From Eledone cirrhosa (taxonomy: Eukaryota), in NCBI GenBank assembly GCA_964016885.1, contig OZ024740.1, forward strand, positions 407,588,001 through 407,652,000: 64,000 nucleotides of DNA, in the 5' to 3' direction. Position 1 is the stretch's first letter, and every line of letters starts with the position of its first letter. Below, in pieces: positions 58,735 through 64,000 of the stretch. A model generated the notes under the pieces. That model was not told the DNA's origin. It ran no database searches and saw only the letters and a program-made list of their open reading frames with translations. Made by a program: the position numbers and the translations under genes.

Positions 58735-61700
58735 CTGTAAAAGAAATTAATTACATTGAAAATATGTTGATTATTTTTTAACCAGAAACCAATTTGCTGA
58801 GAGATTCATTTTTAGTAATACTCTCTTTCAAACAATATATAAAGCACACTGAGAAATAATTCATAAAAAAGAAATTGCATGATGACCATTTTATTTATTC
58901 AATAAAATGTAATAAGTAATAATCCATATTCGTTTTTAAATTTAGAAATTTTTCCAGGAATATTATGTAAAAATATTAATATGATAAATGGAAATTGAAT
59001 TATTTCATAATTAAGTTATATATCTTTTCTTTAAAAAAAAACAAACAAAAACATTTTAGCCTTCATATCAAAGCACAGTATTATTTAAGGTTTTGAGTCT
59101 CATGTTGATTAGTATTGAATTGAATATATTTTCTCAACGTCTATCTTGTTTTCAAATCACTGCTTTCAGCCTTTCTGGTGTTATAACGGTTTAATTCATT
59201 AAATTAAAAAAATTCAAATTAATGTCATAAGGCAAGCTATGATGAGATTTAAACCATGTATGTGTCACTTGCTGGGTCACCATATTACTGCTTGACATTA
59301 TAGATTGCTTCTCATTGTAAACAGTGGATTGAGGTAAGGCACCTTGCTCTGCTGAACATCGAAATATATATTTATATATGAATTTTAATTTCTCCCACTA
59401 AGCTAATTATCTTGAAATAAAAATTAACAGTAAAATTTAATTGTTAAACCCCACCAAAAAAAAACCAAAAAAAAACAAAAAAACAAAACAAATTACATAA
59501 ATTACCTAATCTGAAAGAGAAAAACAGGCTGGTTTCCACCAGTGGGCCTGTTTCTTTTTTCTATCCCCAATTCATACTTATAATAGTTAATATTCATTTA
59601 TTAACTAGCCATATTATTAGCTAGCCATATGTCCATAATCTGAATTTTATACCTTAGAATTTTAACATCTATCCTTTTTAAAAATATATATATATACTGT
59701 TTTCAGAAAATAGTGAGAGTTAAACCTTTAATTACCAATCTTAATTGCAGTAAACTATTCCAAAATAAGACTACTAGGTGTCAAAAGAGATTTCTTAAGT
59801 AAAACAATATGTTTTAAATAACTTTACTACAAGCCTCAAGTTGCATCACTGCCCATTCATGTGAAGAAGTGCCTGCATAAAGAAAAGGGGAGAAAAGCAA
59901 ATCTGAGGTTTTAGTCTTATTCATAAGTTAAGTAACTATTATTTCCGCATCAAAATGTTTCTGCTTAATTCATATTTTATGATTATAAATATGGTTGCTG
60001 CTCTTCAGTTCTCAAAATCAACTTTTCATATGCTCACTAAATAACATAGAATAGTAAGGGTTTATGGTTAGATAAGCAAACTAATTTGATTTTTGCCATT
60101 GTGTTTTTGTTATATACAACAGGAAATGAGGAATTTGTTTTACTTCTAATTTAAAACTTTATATGGGAAGAAGAATACATTTTTATTTTCAAATGTAAGT
60201 ATGTTTCATGTTGTGTTAATGAAAAATAATGTTTTTGGCAGAAGAAATTTAAGCAGCCTTTTGTAAAACCAAATATTCAGAATGTAAATTAAATGTTGTT
60301 TGAACCAAAAATGATATCTGTACTGTTTTATCACAGAGAAATCAAAAAGAATAAATGCAGCATCTTTGAAACTCAACTTGAGAAACACTAATGAAGACAC
60401 AATTAAGAGAGAAATATTGAAAACATTTTGAAATTAAGAATATAGAAATAAATATGAGAAATTCATATACAGTATCAACAAGTAATATTCTGCCCCTTCT
60501 GTAGAATTTTCTGAAGGAAGTGCATCTTTGATTTGATTATTATCATACAGATATATCGTATTTGATGTTTATTAAGTAATTAGAGCGTATAATAAATACT
60601 ATTCAAATTCAGAAATAATGAACACAACCAAAATAGTGGAATGAAACAATTTCATAAAACCAATCATGATAAAGAGAAAGAGGTTTACTACCTCTCAAGT
60701 CATTCTTTTATAATATAGGAAATAATCATCAAAATATCTGAGAATAATATTCCATAGAATGCTAGAGGTCATAAAAATACAATATACAAAATCAGCAATC
60801 ATTAATTCTTAGTTATGTAACTGTAATACTTCCTTATTTATTCTTTGAAATATCAACAATACTTTGAATTGATAAATACTTTTGGTTTGGTGATAATTCT
60901 TTGCCAAAATGTATCATTTAACTTTACTACATAATATTTGACATTGGATAATAGAAAAGAAGTTTGAGTGTTAACTCTTAAAGTAGATGACTATTGGAAA
61001 CTTTTTAATATAGCCCAGAAAAATGTCTTATGAATAACTAATCTTTGTTAATAGTTTTAAATGTTTTATAATTAGTTTCATAAACTTGCTGCCAATTCAC
61101 TTGAGTAATATCGAATTAGTTATTAAATATTCTGAATAAAAAATGTTCATTTTGGTTCTATAATGTTCAATTTTGGAAAATTGATTTTAATTTCAATGCA
61201 AATTTGTTTTTAATTTAGAAGAAGAGAATATATTCCTATATCTTAACTTACAAATATTGATTTCTTATATTGGTGTCTATTTTCAGGCTTATAGGCAAGA
61301 GAAGTAAAAGTGTCATCTTGAAGTCTAACATAAGCAATATGGTGTTGTAAGTGAATTGAAATAACCACAACCCAGTTGTGGACTCCATGAGCTTTTAGAA
61401 TATATATTTGTTGTTCAATTTCCAATATATAGTTTAAAATTTAATGTCCACATAAACAACAATATCATCAGCATCTACTTAACATATTCTCAGTGAAAAT
61501 TATATAAACCACATAACCATATTAAAAATCCTTTCCATTCAAGCATTAAATATTGCAATATTTTCAGAATTTAATTTCAATGAAAATATCCATTATATTC
61601 ATATTTACTGAACATAAAATTTCTGAAGTAAAATTAAATTTCTCTTTGGAAATGTGTCTTTGAAATATAATTTTACAAAAATTGATTGAACAAAAATTAT

Positions 61701-61994
61701 AAAGATTTTAGACACCTTTTTACTTTATTATTATCACTTAATAACAGACCATATGAAAAGTCTCTGCAATCCTTAATGTACATAAGTGGTTCGCAAAAGC
61801 TATTTAAAGCAGGAGTTAGTTATCATTGCAGAAACTGCCAAAAAGCTGCAATAGAAATTCCAAAATGGAAAAATATTCTACACTCCAAAGGTTTAAAGGT
61901 CCATAAAGCAAACTTAGTGTCAACTGGGAAGTGGCCATAAATGATACCTAAGAAGGGAATAAATAATGACTTGATACTATCATATGTATTCAGT

Positions 61995-62169
61995 GCTCTC
62001 ACCTCTTTCTATTAAAACTAGCTGTAACTGGCCACTCATACTGATGTTAAGGTATTGTTCTCAAAATAAATAACATCGAAATCTCATAGATTCGATATTA
62101 TGAGAGATAAAGCCCTTACAGTGAAAAAATACAATAGTATATTTATAGAGTATTGTAAATGCTAAAGGG
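61995..62169 (+). mobile_element. piggyBac-type MITE, left end missing
   Basis: Internal match to the family; TAAATGCTAAAGGG-TTAA. Confidence 0.8.
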
Positions 62170-62717
62170 TTAAAGTATCATCAACTTCTCATAATTGAAA
62201 TATTATCTGGGCCTATAAAAGAAGCCAAGCCATTGGGGGTACAGTTATGACTATTAGTGTATATGCAAGATTGCCATGAAAGATTGTAATATTAAGCATA
62301 TAAGAGACTTTAAGATTTTAGTTGTATATTTCCTTGATATGTGTGGTAATTGTTTCTTTTTGCTGTTGAAAGAGATTACATATCCCGATTGAAGTGGAGC
62401 CAACCAAGTATGAGAAGCTTAGGTTGTGCAGGAATAATGTGTGGGTAGAGTGAAACTTAGTAACATTTATATATGAGTGTATGTTACAAATGACAGTGAG
62501 TATGCCATTATAGTACAGAAAGGAGATGTATCGGAAGCTTAACCCAAACTTTTCAAGTGCCGGTATGCTGGGGAATAGGTAAGTGATATAAGAAAGTATA
62601 CTGGTAGTTATTGAAAAGAGAGGGGACTCAAAGGGATTATTCATAACTATTTCCACCAGATGTGAAATGTTGTGAGTGAGAGTGATAGAAAGAAGTAGCT
62701 CATTATAATACATATAC

Positions 62718-62790
<73 letters not shown>

Positions 62791-62792
<2 letters not shown>

Positions 62793-62921
62793 TAGTTCCA
62801 CAACAGTTAGTACACCATTTCCGAGAACAATTTGTTTCACCTCAAATGGATCATTAGCTCGTTCGTTTGAGGTGAAACAAATTGTTCTCGGAAATGGTGT
62901 ACTAACTGTTGTGGAACTACT
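62791..62921. repeat. Perfect inverted repeat, 56-bp arms, abutting a (TA)n tract of about 60 bp
   Basis: 62791-62846 vs 62866-62921. Confidence 0.95.
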
Positions 62922-63012
62922 ACTACTACTAAACTCGTCCCATGAACTGAGTGCTCTACTACTGCAGATATAACCCACCAGAGTTCTGCCACTATATATA
63001 TATATATATATA

Positions 63013-63222
63013 TCATCATCATCATCATCATTTTATGTCCATTTTTCCATGCTAGCATGGGTTAGACGAGTTGTCCTGTCATGGGCAATTTTAATTCAGG
63101 TGGCCATGTGTTGCTCATACAGAACTGATTTTGGCTCGGTTTCTGCAATTGGATGCCCTTCCTAATGCCAGCCTCATTTACAGTGAGTACTGGGTGCTTT
63201 TTGTCATGATACCTACATGGCC
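63013..63222 (-). mobile_element. RTE/SINE 3' tail fragment
   Basis: CCATGCTAGCATGGGTTAGACG..GGATGCCCTTCCTAATGCCA..TGGGTGCTTTTT. Confidence 0.8.
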
Positions 63223-64000
63223 ACTTTATATATATATATAGAGAGAGAGAGTGAGAGAGATTTGGTGGGTTTACTCTGAAGTACACTGATTCAGAAAGAT
63301 GGGAGGAACAATATTGAGACTGATTGCTCAGTTAAGTTGGAAAGATTAGAGGATTTTTCATACAGCAACAATATGTATGAGGTGATGACATTAGTGGGAG
63401 GCTTAGGAATATTTTAGTTTTCTGGGGTAATTTTGCAGGTATTGAAGTAGGGGACTTTTACCTATATGGCTGCATCATAGCTTTAAGTAAACTAGTTGGG
63501 AGATTGTGGAACCACCAAATTAAATCTACCTGCACAATCCATTCCTTTAGGAATAAATAGAAAACTTAGAACACTAAATAACAAACATAGGTCATTTGGA
63601 GTTACTTAACATACATATCTACACATTTACCCTTCTAAATAATACCAATAGCTATTTACCATAAATAATATATAACAAAGTTAGATGATACATTAGCAAA
63701 TATACTTAACACACTGAAATTCAAAATATGCATTTATTCAATTTTTAAAAATACAATTACTAAAAATGACCAAAAATAATGTATTTAAGTAGTATATAAT
63801 AGGTTAAAATATTTTAATAACTTTCACAATAAAAATGGAAACTTTACATCAGATTTAGGGTGCAATCCAAAACAACAAATCTGGTTAGTAAAAGATCATC
63901 TGAAAAGTAAGATATATTTTGATCCATATAATAATGGCTTTGGTGACAAAAGAACTTACTGCAGAGCTTAAAAATTGACTTAGTTTCAAATTTAATATAA

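Noticed and set aside
59828-59872. Strong acceptor suggesting a 45-nt exon upstream of exon 58734
   Set aside because: The required phase hits TGA, the donor is weak and there is no Slo2 similarity
61243-61425. ORF ending at GTAAGT as the missing S1 exon
   Set aside because: Wrong phase for the next exon, no acceptor, no convincing S1 similarity
62318-62803. 161-aa minus-strand ORF
   Set aside because: Starts in the palindrome and TA tract; the remainder has no recognisable domain and may be decayed LINE sequence
63960-64000. GTAAGT donor near the window end
   Set aside because: The frame needed to join exon 58734 contains TAA

Overview
AT-rich, microsatellite-dense animal genomic DNA. The repeat families (CORE- and Meta-type tRNA SINEs, RTE LINEs with (TGA)n tails) suggest an octopus or other coleoid cephalopod; that assignment is inference. 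The window lies inside one large minus-strand gene for a Slo2/KCNT (Slack-type, sodium-activated) potassium channel. I traced 22 consecutive GT-AG exons from 58734 down to 17097 (2758 nt, one open frame) covering the S1-S2 loop through S6, the TVGYGD pore and both RCK domains. The N-terminus and the extreme C-terminus were not found in the window. The introns carry a nearly intact RTE LINE with an internal PHD finger, many RTE, CR1, R4/Dong, CRE and Penelope fragments, two SINE superfamilies and piggyBac-type MITEs. Most notable: (1) a full-length U1 snRNA-derived sequence fused to the RTE 3' tail (a SINEU-like chimera); (2) a minimal hammerhead ribozyme in both arms of an 850-bp inverted repeat; (3) a duplicated splice acceptor that would truncate the channel; (4) a candidate alternative S3 exon; (5) a CRE element with twin-priming geometry; (6) several long near-perfect palindromes. 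All coordinates were counted by hand; repeat boundaries are approximate.
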